A stretch of 64,000 nt of DNA from Selaginella moellendorffii. Lineage: Eukaryota; Plantae; Lycopodiophyta. Under the pieces are notes generated by a model. The model was not told the origin of the DNA, searched no databases, and saw nothing but the letters and a program-made list of their open reading frames with translations. Both the position numbers and the translations under genes were made by a program. Within the stretch, counting starts at the first letter, position 1; each line of letters starts with the position of its first letter. Where the stretch lies: assembly GCF_000143415.4 (NCBI RefSeq), contig NW_003314300.1:594825-658824 (forward strand), in the 5' to 3' direction. Positions 38,576 through 51,058 of this stretch are shown here, one piece after another.

Positions 38576-38953
38576 ATGGCGATGGCGAGAGCTGGGATTT
38601 TGATGGTTTTCTCGCTGGTGTTGGTATCCAAAGCCTGCGGTGACTGCCGGCTCACAGACATCTGGAGCTGCGTTCCAGCAGTGACCAAGCGGGTTGATCC
38701 AACCAGCGATTGCTGCGATCTTATCCAAGTGATCAGCCTCAATTGCCTGTGCTCCGCGGCGATCGGCCGAGACGCCGCTGCGCGAGGCGTGGATGTGCGG
38801 CGAGCCGTGGAGCTGCCGCTCAAATGCGGGCGAGAGGTCGGACTGGAATACACCTGCGCAGGTGAGAGAGAGATGAGAATTCAATCGTGTGAGCGATCGA
38901 TCGGTGTTTGCTTTGCTTGTTCTCCAGGAATCCCGTTCAATGGCGGGAGATAG
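38576..38953 (+). CDS. Non-specific lipid transfer protein (8-cysteine motif), one 66-nt intron at 38862-38927
   Basis: Signal peptide MAMARAGILMVFSLVLVSKACG; C..C..CC..CLC..C..C pattern. Confidence 0.88.
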   Translation: MAMARAGILMVFSLVLVSKACGDCRLTDIWSCVPAVTKRVDPTSDCCDLIQVISLNCLCSAAIGRDAAARGVDVRRAVELPLKCGREVGLEYTCAGEREMRIQSCERSIGVCFACSPGIPFNGGR

Positions 38954-39035
38954 ATCCCCGCGTACGGTAGAACTTTTTTTTCCGTGTTCTTTTACTTTAC
39001 ACAGTAATCTCAATCGCCATCGATCGAGCAATCCT

Positions 39036-40875
39036 TTACGAGTTGAAGAACTCCACGACTTTGGGGTAGACGAGATCTTTCGCGTTGTATGACACCACGA
39101 AGTCGAGATGCGCGTAGTCTGGGAGGAAGACGAGCTCGGGCTTGGATTGGAGCTCAGAGACGAGCTGCGCGACGTTTTGTGGAGCGGCGAGAGCGTCCTT
39201 GGCAGCGTAGAAGAAGAGGAACGGGATTGTTCTTGGGATGTTGGGAAGCGAGTACGTCGGGGGAGAGATCCAGCCGTAGCGGACGAGGTTTTGCCAGAAT
39301 CCATAGTCAAACTTGTCGAAGCTCTTGCCTCGGAACTCTAGAAGTTTGTAGGAATCTCGTGAGCGAAGCGAAGTTGGCGAGAGAAAGAAAAGCGGGCTTA
39401 CGTTGCGCGAGATGGCCAAAGTTCTTTGCGGATGTTGATTGAGGCTCGTAAATTTCGTAGTACGCTCGGCGTGTGTCATTGATGCAGCAATTTGGACCTG
39501 CGTGAATCAGAGTTCTTGGTGAAAGATGGCGACCTTTGATTCGAAATCGATCGAGAGAACGGACAACGTACCTGCGAGAAGCGTGACAAAGTTTTCGGTG
39601 CATTCTGGATCATCCGAGAGCTTGCAAAGGTACTCAGTCACAGGTTTGTTCTGACTGGAAAGAACAAAAAGAAGAAAAAGAGACAAAGTAAGAAAGATCC
39701 AGATACACATGAAAAGACACCGAGGACACGTACGCTCGGAGGCTGAATTCGTAGATGCCGAGCGATGCAATGAGCTACACAAAATTGGAAGAACATGAGA
39801 AAGAGTAGTGAAAGAACAGAGAAGAAAAAACACTATACCAGATCGAGATGAGTTTGAGCTCCAAGAGTGAGAAGCGAGGTTGCGTGATCAACATAAGCAA
39901 CTGGAGCAAGCATCACAGCTTTTTCCACAATGTCAACGAGCCTGTGCTCGGAGAACGCTGCGAATGCCGCTTGAGTTCCCTGCTCAATAAAAGAAAAAAA
40001 GAAAAAAAGCCTGTAAGTCTCAAGAAAGACTAAAATTCTCTGAGCTCGATCGAAGCAGACACGAACAGAGCTCAAGAAAATCCTGAGAGACAAAAGAGCA
40101 AAACGAGAGAAAAGAAATCATTTCGATCGAAGAAGGCACGAATAGAGCTCAAGAAACTAGAAAATCCTGAGAAAAAAAATTCCCATACCTGTGAGTAGCC
40201 AACGTACAAGACCTTGCTGTTCGTTCTCGCGTAAACCATCTCCAGCATTGCCTGGAGATCATACGCCGAGAGCTCGTCCACGCTCCAATCCCAAAATTCC
40301 TATCAAAGAAGAAGAAGATCATGCCGGTGGAAGATTTTGGATGATCTTACCCTGTCCGATCTGCTGTAAGAGACATGGCCATAGCTGAATTCGCTGGTTC
40401 TCACATTGGCGATCCACACGTCGTGGCCAGCGTCGGCGAGGATGAACGCCAGAGACTCCGGAGGCGCATTGAGCACCCAAATATCCCCGCCCTAAAAAAT
40501 GGAGGAGAGATTTAAGGGGAAAACGAAGAACCCTAAAACCCCTGTTCTTACAATGAGAATGCCATGGTTGAGGAACACTGGCTTCTTTCGCTCGCCAATG
40601 TAGTTCGCGCTCCACACTCTTTGCACGCCCAGAAGGAACCCATCCTTCGTCTCGACCTACATCGCCACCATCGATGATCCATGGATGAGAGAAACCCTCG
40701 AGAGAAATGGGATTCTTACAGCCAATTCCTCGCATTGGTATCCGTAAGGCTGGACGAGCTTCACGCAGAGACCGTCTGCGCGATTCAATCCTCCCCGGAA
40801 TGTGGGCAGCGCGCGAGAGAATTGGATCTTCCAGCAGCAGAGGAGGACTGACAGCACGATGATTGGCGAGCTCAT
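39036..40875 (-). CDS. Acid triacylglycerol lipase (LIP1-like), second paralogue, multi-exon
   Basis: MSSPIIVLSV...GLCVKLVQPYGYQCEE; NHGIL..GGDIW; DELSAYDLQA; GYSQ|GTQ; KDALAA; YAHLDF. Confidence 0.9.
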
Positions 40876-41641
40876 CTGGAAGAACAGGGGAAAGAATCTT
40901 TTCTTTCTCCCTCGGAATGAATCCACTCGAGAGAAAAACACGAGAACTCGCTCTCTTCCGGCGAAGATTGGTCCCTCCCTGGATCAATTAATGCCGCCGC
41001 TACTGGCAGAGCGAAAGGAAAGAATCGAGAGAAAATCTCTCGAAAAGCTCTGGATTGTACAAAGCCGTGCCAGTGCTGCCAGTGCCACCAGGGGAGGAAG
41101 AAAGAAAGCCAAACACTCACACGCGAATGTTTCTCTTTCTCGCTTTCCCCTAGCAGCGCATCAAATCGCTCGCTCGCGAAGAACTCCGCGAGGAGAGAGA
41201 GAGATAGAGGCGGAAAAATTTCTACTAACGAAAATCTCGCTCGCATCCACAAATCAGGGCTCGATCGCGCGAGGAGAGTAAGAGTTTGGTGGAAAGACAA
41301 GCAAACTTTGAGGTGGTGGTAGTACCATGGATCAATGCACTCTCGCACATCGCATTCCAATTACTACAGCGCTTTCTTTGTGGCACTGCGTTAGGTGGTA
41401 GAGCATTGATGGAAGAACCCTAAAACCAGGGGATGGAGCCTAGAAGCAGGGGAGCGAGGGAATTCTGTCCTGCCAGGCCTTTTTAATACCAATCCGCGTC
41501 GAATCCTGGCCGGAGTAGCATCAAAAAGTGTGCCCACGACCGGAATTCCAAGAACCATGCTGGAATTCAAAAACTATTTCCCCGGATTCCTCCCTGAGCG
41601 CTTTGATCTCGCGGGAATGGGTCTCCAAAGAGGAATCGGGG

Positions 41642-43054
41642 CTACCAGGATGCGTAGCTGCTCGCAAGCAGCACATAGGAAGCTGGGTCGTCGGCCTCGA
41701 TGACGTTCCTGCCCGCAAATTTCCCTCCAGGCTCGTGGATCTTGCTTGCGCTCATCAATGCCGCCCACGCCACGCCATTGGGTTGATCCGGCATCCCCTC
41801 CGCGAGCTCCCGCGCGGTCGCCATCCTCCCAGCCCTCCCAAATCCATCGATCAAGCACACATAGTGCTCCCTGGACGCCTCCAATCCATAGTCGCGAGCC
41901 ATGGACGCCGCGAATTCCCAACTCTCCTCCACCGATCCAGTCCGGCTGCACGCCGAGAGGAGAATCACGAAGCAAATCTCGTTGGGTCTCACTCCCTCCA
42001 TCGCCATCTCCTGGAACATCGCGATCGCGGCCAGCAATCGACCCGACTGGGCATAGCCGGCGATCATCGCCGCCCAGGACACAACATTCCGGACAGGCAT
42101 CGCGCCGAATAGCCGCTGGGCCACGCGCAGCAGTCCGTACTGAGAATATGCCGCGAGAATCGCCGTCCACGAGACGACGGTTCGATCCGGGATGGCATCA
42201 AACGCTCGCTTTGCCCCGCGCAGATCCCCGTTCTGGGCATATCCCGCCACCATGGTGTTATAAGTGGCATAGCTCTTCTCCACCATGGTGGCAACCAGCC
42301 TCTCCGCGTCCTCCATCTGGCCGCTCCGCGTATATGCTTGCACCATGGTGTTTTGTGCTACCACGTCGTACACCGGCATCTCGTCAAACAGTACCTTCGC
42401 ATCTTCCAAATGCCCAGCTTGGGCATATGCTGCTAGTATGGTTGTGTAGGAACGAATGTTCCATTCTGGCATATTCTGGAATATTATGCTACCCTCATCG
42501 TTCCTGTGCGCTACTAGATATGCTTCTAAGAGAGTGTTATAAGAAATAAGATCCCACAAAGGCATTCTTTGGAAGAGATCATTCGCGCCATCGCAATGCC
42601 TTGTTCGGGCAAATGCTGCGATCAAAGTGTTCCATGAAACAACGTCTTTCTCTGGAATAGAATCGAAGATCTCCTTCGCCTCGGTGGATCTCCCGGAGTT
42701 TCCATAGGCCTGAAGCATCGAATTCCACGAAATCACGTCCCTCTCGCCCATGGAATCGAACAAGAGCTTGGCATTGTCGACATAGCCATGGCGAACAAAC
42801 ACCGCGATCATGATGTTCCAGGAGAAGAGATTGGGCGATTCGATCGCGGCAAAGGTCGCACAGGCATCCTCGAGCGCGCCACACTGGCTATACGTTTCAA
42901 TCAAGAGATTGCTGAGGTATCTAGAGCTGCTTGCTTCGCTCGATCGGATCGATGCGTGGATCTGCCTTAGGGCAGCCAGATCTCTCGCGCGCCCACAAGA
43001 TTGGACAAGCGCTGCGAGATTGTCCTCGAAACTCCTAGCCAAGTTTCGTGCCAT
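41642..43054 (-). CDS. PLS-class pentatricopeptide repeat protein with E domain (organellar RNA editing factor type)
   Basis: Repeats ...DVVSWN... / VVSWAAMIAGYAQSG; REHYVCLIDGFGRAG; ends DPASYVLLASSY; no DYW; likely start MARNLARS. Confidence 0.92.
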   Translation of the reverse strand: MARNLARSFEDNLAALVQSCGRARDLAALRQIHASIRSSEASSSRYLSNLLIETYSQCGALEDACATFAAIESPNLFSWNIMIAVFVRHGYVDNAKLLFDSMGERDVISWNSMLQAYGNSGRSTEAKEIFDSIPEKDVVSWNTLIAAFARTRHCDGANDLFQRMPLWDLISYNTLLEAYLVAHRNDEGSIIFQNMPEWNIRSYTTILAAYAQAGHLEDAKVLFDEMPVYDVVAQNTMVQAYTRSGQMEDAERLVATMVEKSYATYNTMVAGYAQNGDLRGAKRAFDAIPDRTVVSWTAILAAYSQYGLLRVAQRLFGAMPVRNVVSWAAMIAGYAQSGRLLAAIAMFQEMAMEGVRPNEICFVILLSACSRTGSVEESWEFAASMARDYGLEASREHYVCLIDGFGRAGRMATARELAEGMPDQPNGVAWAALMSASKIHEPGGKFAGRNVIEADDPASYVLLASSYASW

Positions 43055-43156
43055 CTTTGATAATTCAAAAAAAAAAAGATACCCGTGAATATTCTCGGTG
43101 CTGAAGAGATTAGGGTTAGGGTTCTTGAGGGATTGGAGACGGCAGAAAATCGATCG

Positions 43157-43402
43157 ATGGCAGCGCTTCTGGGGATCGGCCGCAGGCTCGGGCTGGCGCC
43201 ATCGGCGTCTAGATTTGGATCCACAGCAGGTTCTCAAGCGCGGTTTTACGCCAAGTCAAGCTACGCCGAGGAGCACAAGGGTGGGATGGGCGACAAGCTC
43301 ATCAACGGTGCCATTTTCGGATTGATGGGCGTGATGTCGGTCTTGGTGGTGAATTTCTGGCGGCATCCTCCCCACGCCGCTCACGAACACCACGAGGATT
43401 AG
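43157..43402 (+). CDS. 81-aa putative mitochondrial single-TM microprotein, COX6a-like
   Basis: Arg/Ser/Ala-rich presequence-like MAALLGIGRRLGLAPSASRFGS; TM LINGAIFGLMGVMSVLVVNFW; His-rich tail. Confidence 0.55.
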   Translation: MAALLGIGRRLGLAPSASRFGSTAGSQARFYAKSSYAEEHKGGMGDKLINGAIFGLMGVMSVLVVNFWRHPPHAAHEHHED

Positions 43403-43927
43403 CGAGAAGTCAAATCTTTTGGGGGTCCGCCAAAGATCACTCCAATTTTTCATAAAGGATGTGCTTGCTCGCGGGAGGTAATGCTTGTTACTTTGCTTGA
43501 TTCTTGGAGAAGAACTACTTACCACCATGAGACAAAGCTTCTTTATTTTTTTTTTCGTTGACTCACCTTATTGAATAAAAGGTGTTTTAGTTGAAACTTT
43601 CGCGTCAGCACAGGAACTTAGAACACTCTTCCGCGCTGACCAGCAAAACATTCTCCGGGTTTGTTTGTCCTGTTGGTTGAAAGTTGCCATCGATTTTGTT
43701 CTAGTTGACTGCAGTTCCTCGCGATTAAAGTCGCGTTGTTGGTGAGCGTACGCCGGTGAAACAAGAACTCCGCGCAATCGCTGTGACTCATCGCCACTTT
43801 CACTCGTATATATAGAACAAGTTCCTCACTTGCTGGCAACATTACAGCGCTTCTCGAGTTCGTTCTTCAAAGAGCTTCAGTCCAGTTCTCTTTTGGAAGA
43901 GTTCTTTTCTTGAAGTTTCTTTCGAGA

Positions 43928-45320
43928 ATGACGATGATGGCTGCAGCAATGAGCTCGGGTCGATCAATCAACACGCGGTCGTGGCCGATAGGCGATGTTG
44001 GCGACGCTCGGCGAGGTCGTCCCATGTCCTGGAGGACGACAACGCGTGCGGTGAATGGAAACGCTGTCTTGGCTCCCGAGAGATTTCCTGGCTCTGGCTC
44101 GCTGCTCGAGCGCTCGAGCTACTGCCCTCGAAGGAACGTGGAGAGTTTCAGTATCAGAAGCTACGAAGTGGGAGAAAATCGCAAAATTTCAATTGCAACT
44201 CTTGCTAATCTTCTCCAGGTACGTGATGTTCTCTTTTCCTGTTGCGTTGTTTCTTGGTGATCACACTTTGCATTTTTATGCAGGAGGTGGCTTGCAATCA
44301 CGCTCGTAATAACGGCTTCTCTGTGGACGGCTTCGCGACCACTCTGTCAATGAGGAAGTATGGATTGATATGGGTTATCACACGGATCCAGATAGAAGTC
44401 GAGGAGTATCCTAAATGGTACTAGAACTTTGATCAATACTGCTGCTCTTTGTGCTCAAAAGCTGATCGATTTTTTTCCTTGTTCAGGGGAGACAACATCG
44501 AGATTGATTCATGGTTCCAGTTCCAAGGCAAAAACGGTACTAGACGGGACTGGAGAGTGACAAACACGAGAACCGGAAAAGTGATCGCAAGAGCTACGAG
44601 GTAAGTTCTTTCAAGTCTAAAAGAAACTTAGCCAGAAGGATTTTTAAAAAACAATTTCTTGCAGCACTTTTGCTCTGATGAACCAGCAGACTCGTCGCTT
44701 GGCTCGAATCAATGACGACGTTCGGAACGAGTTTTGCCTTTACGTCTTGCATCCTCCAAGGTGAAGAAAAAAACAATTTTTTGAAGAGATCTCGTGATAA
44801 ATAAGATCTGTTTAATTGTAGTTGGGTTTTCGTGGACGACGCTGTCACTAAGCCAATCTCCAAGCTCAGCGAGTACCAGCACGTCAAAGAGAACTTAAAA
44901 GTAAGTATCACAATTCGTCTTGAAAAGTTTGTGTCCCTAGATTCATTGTGTTCTCCTCTTTGCAGCCCTCTCTTGCGGACTTAGACATGAACCAACACGT
45001 AAACAACGCAACTTACATGAACTGGATACTCGAGGCAAGTTCATTTCACTCGATCCAATCTCCAGACAACAGAACTAATCTAATCTTCTCTTCTCCAGAG
45101 CTTGCCCCGGGAAGTTTACAGCAAGAACGAGCTCCACTCAATGACGCTCGAGTTTAGATGCGAGTGCAAACGAGAAAACACGATCAATGCCTGTTCCAGC
45201 CTCGAGATCAATGACACGAACGACGAATCAAGCTCCACTTTCACGCACCTCTTATATCTGGTTGGTAGCAACAAAGAAGTGAGCAGGAGTCGAACAACGT
45301 GGAGAAAACCAAGCTTTTAA
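43928..45320 (+). CDS. Acyl-ACP thioesterase (FatA-like), multi-exon
   Basis: Transit-like N-terminus; IRSYEVG...LANLLQEVACNHA; LIWVITRIQIEVEEYPKW; GTRRDW; DLDMNQHVNNATY; LEFRCEC. Confidence 0.92.
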
Positions 45321-45555
45321 AAAATTGATAAATTCTTGTTCAGTTCAGTTGAAGAATTTTGGCTTTAGCAAAATCCTCATTGAAGACTAGATGTTTGGGT
45401 TATTCGAAAGACAGGCTATACCAGCAAGTGCAAGACTATCCTAAACCAGCAAGAGCAAGATGAGGCATTTAATAGTTTTTAAGTTTAATATATATTTATA
45501 GTATTTTATTTATATTTATAAAATATTTTCTTCAAAAGAATATTAATTTCACTTT

Positions 45556-48500
45556 GTGAATGCATGGAACATACAAAATTAATTAGCCCAAAAACCTTAA
45601 TTTATATATAGGAGCGAGTGGTCCAAATTGAAACCAATCTAATAGCTACCAAAATCCTATTATATTAATATTACCTTAGATCATCCCCTCCTCTCGGAAT
45701 AATAAAAGCCCATTAAGGTTTTCTCAAGATCTGGAAAAACATCAAGAAAAGGCATTAGTGGATTTGTAGGTGGTGCCAATTATTTCTAATCCCTTTGTAC
45801 AAAGTGTTTTAACTACTGTATATGCACAATTTTTGGAGGATTTATCTACTAAATGTAATGCCAAACTTTATAAACTTGCAGTCCAATTTACACAACACTT
45901 GATATGGTCCTTTCCACTAAACAAGGAGCCTCTTAGATAAACCATATACCATAAGATAGGGAAAATAGACTAACACCAAATCATCTATTTTGTATTTCAC
46001 AAGTGGATGATGATAAAAGTTGTAGTGTTGTTGTTGTCCCACTTGTATGTGGCTCAGGTGTCCATCAAACTCTGCTCGGACAAATGGAAAAATGCTCGTC
46101 AAATATTGATCTTACGACCTTGCATCGGCTGCCCGTGGCAATGGTGAACATAAGCCCAACTCTGTTAGTAGTATTGAATCATGACCATATAAGAGTTTAT
46201 ATGGTGAAGCACCAACAAAACTTTGCACCCTTATGACATATGCATACTGAAGAGATGGCAAATAACCATCCCAATGTGAATGCTGAAAGTTCATATATTT
46301 CGTGATCATCTTTTTGAAGGTTTGAACAAGTTATTCTACCAAACCATCTGACTGTGGATGATAAACACTTGTGAAAATGTGGTATATCCTCAACCAAAAT
46401 ATTAAAAAGTGAAATACCTTAGCCATAAATGCAAAACCATTATCTAACGAATCCGCTCCGAACAAAAATGTTGGAACACCACTCAATTGAGGAGGAAGTA
46501 TTCAACAGCAGTTGTAAATTGGCTAGCAAGAGCACCAACTTCCACCCAACGAGTCAAGTAGTCACAAGCAATAATGACATACTCATTGCCAACAATTGAT
46601 CGTGGAAAATGTTTCATCAAATCAAATCCCACCAACTCAAATAAACGGGAAATTGCAATTTACTCTAACTACCCGTCTACAGCATGAAGAAGAATATTAC
46701 GAACTTGGCACTAAACATAATTATACACATATTGGATAACACCATGGCACATTTTCGGCCAATAGAAATATTTATGTATAAGCTCTTGAGTTTGGACTTC
46801 TCGGGAGGTCATCCAGCCCAGTACTATTCAAATTCAAGGACACTTAACCCCAAATATCCCAAAACCCTTAACCGATTAGAAAAGGGGGTGCACTCTTATT
46901 CATGGGCCCTTTCCCTCTATATTTGAACCCCATGGATCGTGTCTCAAGTCATTCCCTTTGGTTGCTTACAATCCACCACGCTTCCCTACAAGTTCACGCC
47001 CTCGTGAACAGAAGCTGAGAGCTGTAACTCTCCTAAGAGCCCCACTCTCTTGACACCCTACCCCTCAGGTCGAGCCCAACAGAGCAAACTAGACCTGCCA
47101 GATGTCAATCAACATGTGGTGTGATTCCCCTAAGCCAACCAACAGAGTCGAGCCCAGCAGAGCAAACTGGACCTGCCAGATGTCAATCAACATGTGGTGT
47201 GATTCCCCTAAGCCAACCAACAAAGTCGGACCCGAGACCGCTTGGATACCCTAAGCCAACCAACAAAGTCGGACTCGAGACCGCTTGGATACTAAATGTA
47301 AGCTCCTGCCAGATGTCAATCAACATGTGCTGTGATTCCCCTAAGCCAATCAACAGAGTCAGACCCGAGACCGCTCGGATACCAAATGTAAGCTCCTAAG
47401 TTTGGACTTCCCGGGAAGTCACCCAGCCCAGTACTATTCAAACCCAAGGACACTTAACCCTAAATATCCCAAGACCCTTAACTGATTGGAAAAAGGGGTG
47501 CACTCTTGTTCATGGGCCCTTTCCCTCTATATTTGAACCCCATGGATCGTGTCTCAAGTCATTCCCTTTAGTTCTTTACATTATGCATCTTCTTGATTAC
47601 ATAACAATGTCCTATATACCCCCCTAAAATAGGAGAATCATGGTAAGCATGGAGAAAATATAGAATAAAGATCAAAGGCACCACCAACCGTAAATGATCA
47701 TCAGAATCTATCCCCACAAAATAAATAAGACCGTCTTTAAAGTGATATTGAGAATGTAAATGCTGGAATAGCAAGTCATCAGCAAGTGATACAAGATTCT
47801 CAAACCCATTTCGAAGCCTTTGAATCCATGGCTTTAATTTAAGCCTTGCGAACCTCATCAAGTGAAGGTAGATCTTGCTCTGCACTTTGTGAACACTGAA
47901 TATCAAATACAACAACCGCCGATAGTATAGAATTCTCATTTAGAAAATCCATAGATGCTAGAATAATAAAATCGTTAGAAACATGAGAAGAGAGCAAAGA
48001 AGGAAAAGGAGCTCAAGAAAGAGCATCAGTATCAGCCATAGAACTCCCCGAGTGATGAACAACATCAAAATCATATATTTTAAACTTCAAAACTACCGAG
48101 TAGTATGACCAACTAGATTCTTTCGCTTTAATAATGAAGTAATAGTAGCATGATCACCTTTTAATAATGTTCGAAAACTATATAGATATGCATGAAGTTT
48201 CTCAAAACCCTAGACTGCTGCTAAACACTCCTTCTCTATCGTGGAGTAGTTCACCTCTATTGGTTGTAATATATAACTTATATATACAATGGGACAGCGC
48301 TAACTAAGCATACTCAGGCTCTTTTGCATCAACACACTTCCAAGACCAATATTAGAAGTAGCTACATGCAAAATGAAATATCGAATGTAATTAAGATATG
48401 CCAAAACTGGGGGAATCGTCAATAACTCTTTGAGATCCATGAACGCCCGCTTACAATCTGCAGATTAAATTTATTCACGCAGGTCCCTTCGTTAATCATG

Positions 48501-49802
48501 CAACTCCTCATTTCCCAGATGCATCTTAGTGTCTAGACCTTCTACTGCAATAGCACCAACAAAACGTTGTTAACGCCAAGATCTCCACCCAGAAAATGGA
48601 GACTATCAATCTGGAAAATGCCAACAACGCTGATAAGTGTGACCAACTTCATCATACACCCAACAATGAACATCATGGCTATGACCACATTTTCACCCTT
48701 GTCTTTAAACTCGAGAAGCAACAACATTAACCTTTATTAGAACAGAACCATCTCCCATATGAAGTGGAGCTGAAGGATGTGCAGCAAGAAGTGGAAAAGG
48801 CAACGTCTCATAACGTTGTGCCAAGCGAAGGGCATCATCAATGGTGTCTAGAACAAGTGTATGCACAAATCCTACAAGAAATTGACAAAATGCTAGCCAC
48901 AACATTCCTAGCTTAATCTGCTTTGACATATTTGGCTCCACATGTTGCAAGAGGCTTCAGAAACAAATGTCAAATTGCATTATCAACTCAGATGACCTTT
49001 GACGAAGATGATACAATTGTTGGAAGGCATTATCATAATCATTAGCATATCCGAATGTGCGTTTGAAGATGTTTGGGAGAATACTCTAATCCCCATGAGT
49101 GGTTGCACTTAAACCATTATACTATTGTAGTGTTGTCTATTAGAGACACATGGGAAACTCATGCAAACATCGAGCATCATCCCAAGAATGATATGTGGCA
49201 ATCACCGTGAAGTGATAAACTCATGGTATACATTATCCCCATAATTCTCACAAAAGAACTCTAGCTAAACACAAGGATTGACACCAAAAGCAAGAGGAGT
49301 TATACCACATGCCGTGAATACCATCATTAATTGAGTTTGGTTTTTTAATTGCAATCATATAACCTCAAATAATTCCACCAATTGCTGCTCCAAAATCAAA
49401 GGAGGAGGAGATTACTACTTTGCCATAAAGATGAATGAAAAAGAAAGAGCAAAAAAAGAGAAATAAGAAAAAACATTACAAGGAAAAAGAGATCTAAACA
49501 ATGAAAAAGTTAAATCTAAACCAAATTCCTGAAAGGAAAGAATAAAAGAAAAAAAATGGAAAAAGCTAGATCTAGATAATGGAAAAGCTAAATCTAAACC
49601 AAAATTCTAAATTCAAACACTCCTCAGGAATAATCAAAAGTGCCCCTCACCTCCACCAATGTAAGTGCATAGAATATAGAAAGGAAATACAAGAAATATG
49701 CATATCAATTAGCCCAAAAACCTTAGCTTATATATAAGAGTGAATGGTTCAAATTGAAACCAATCTAACCACTATCAAAATCCCACTATACTAATATTAT
49801 CA
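45556..49802 (-). mobile_element. Decayed Ty3/gypsy element (family D) with short LTRs and tRNA-Ala-type PBS; protease/RT deleted
   Basis: LTRs ~49660-49802 and ~45556-45683; PBS TGGTGGAGGTGAGGGG (49643-49658); PPT next to 45684; gag 48500-49400 joins directly to AFMDLKELLTIPPVLAY/RNase H; integrase 45900-47900. Confidence 0.75.
46777..47580 (-). mobile_element. Cassandra-type TRIM (copy 2) with internally duplicated domain
   Basis: LTRs 46777-46970 and 47387-47580; perfect TSD TTATG; 5S-like segments in both LTRs. Confidence 0.9.
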
Positions 49803-50009
49803 TATGGCATTGTAGCCGTACACTTGGACCTCATAACTTCATTTAGAATATCATCTTCATTTTATAAATTGCTTCTAGTAATTAATTAGTATTATAATTA
49901 TTTTATCACCTTTAATTAGACTACTCTATTTGAAAGTAGCCAAAATCTTCAAATAAACATATTTAGAACCTATTTATAATTTGAACTATGAACTATGTTA
50001 AATCAGTAC

Positions 50010-51058
50010 ATGGTTCTATAAGAGGCTCCTTACTTAGTGGAAAGGACCGTATCAGGTGTTACGGCAAGTTGAACTGCAAGTTTATGAGGTTCAGCATGAC
50101 GTCTAATAGGCCAATCCTCTAAAAATTGTGCATGTATAACAGTTGAAATGCTTCGTACAAAGGGATCAAGAACAATTAATACCACCTACAAATCCACCGA
50201 TGCCTCCTCTTGATGTTCCTCTAGATCCCAACTCATCTACAAGAGAATTTTAATGGTCTTCCATTATTCCGAGAAAAGGGGATGATATGAAGTCTAAATG
50301 TATAGTTTTGATACTGTATACTAATATTAACGTAATGAGATTTTAGTACCTATTAGATTGTTTTCAATTCAGACCACTCTATAAGCAACAAAAAAAAAAT
50401 GACTTGAGAGACAATCTATAGAGTTCAAATATAGAGGGAAATGGCTCATGAATAAGAGTGCACCCATTTTTCTAATCGATTAAGGGTCTTGGGATATTTG
50501 GGGTTAAGCGTTTTTGGGTTTGAATAGTACTGGGTTGGGTGACCTCCCAGGAAATCCAAATTCAGAAGCTTACATTTGGTATCAAAGGGGTCTCAAGTCC
50601 AATTTTGTTGGTTGGCCAAGGGAATCACACCACATGTTAATTGACATTTGGCTGGTCTAATTTGCTCCCGCTGGGCTTGACCCAAGGGGTAAGGTATCAA
50701 GAGAGCGGGGCTCTCAGGAGAGCTGCAGCTCTCAGCTTTTGTTCATGAGGGTATGAACTTGTAGGGAAGTGTGGTAAATTATAAGGAACTAAAGAGAATA
50801 ACTTAAGAGACGATCCATGGGGTTCAAATATAAAGGGAAAGGGCCCATGAATAAAAGTGCACCCCTTTTTCTAATCGGTTAAGGGTTTTAGGATATTTGG
50901 GGTTAAATGTCCTTGGGTTTGAATATTACTGAGCTGGGTGATCTCCTAAAAAGTCTAAATTTAAGAGCTTACACACTCGTTCTTGTATATAAGTTAAGGT
51001 TTTTGGTAATTGATATGCATATTTTTTGTATTCCCTTCCTATATTCCACACACTCACA
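50010..51058 (+). mobile_element. Family-D 3' fragment (integrase end, PPT, 3' LTR split by TRIM copy 3)
   Basis: Reverse-complement homology to 45690-45940; GAGAAAAGGGGA PPT at ~50271; LTR halves 50282-50379 and 50974-51058. Confidence 0.7.
50380..50973 (+). mobile_element. Cassandra-type TRIM (copy 3, older)
   Basis: LTRs 50380-50574 and 50780-50973; PBS TGGTATCAAAG 50577; perfect TSD CACTC; 5S-like GTTAAGCG...TAGTACTGGGTTGGGTGACCTCCCAGGAA at ~50503-50557. Confidence 0.88.

Noticed and set aside
43055-43237. 61-aa N-terminal extension of the PPR ORF
   Set aside because: Begins at a non-ATG codon and overlaps the opposite gene; the ATG at 43054 is the likelier start.
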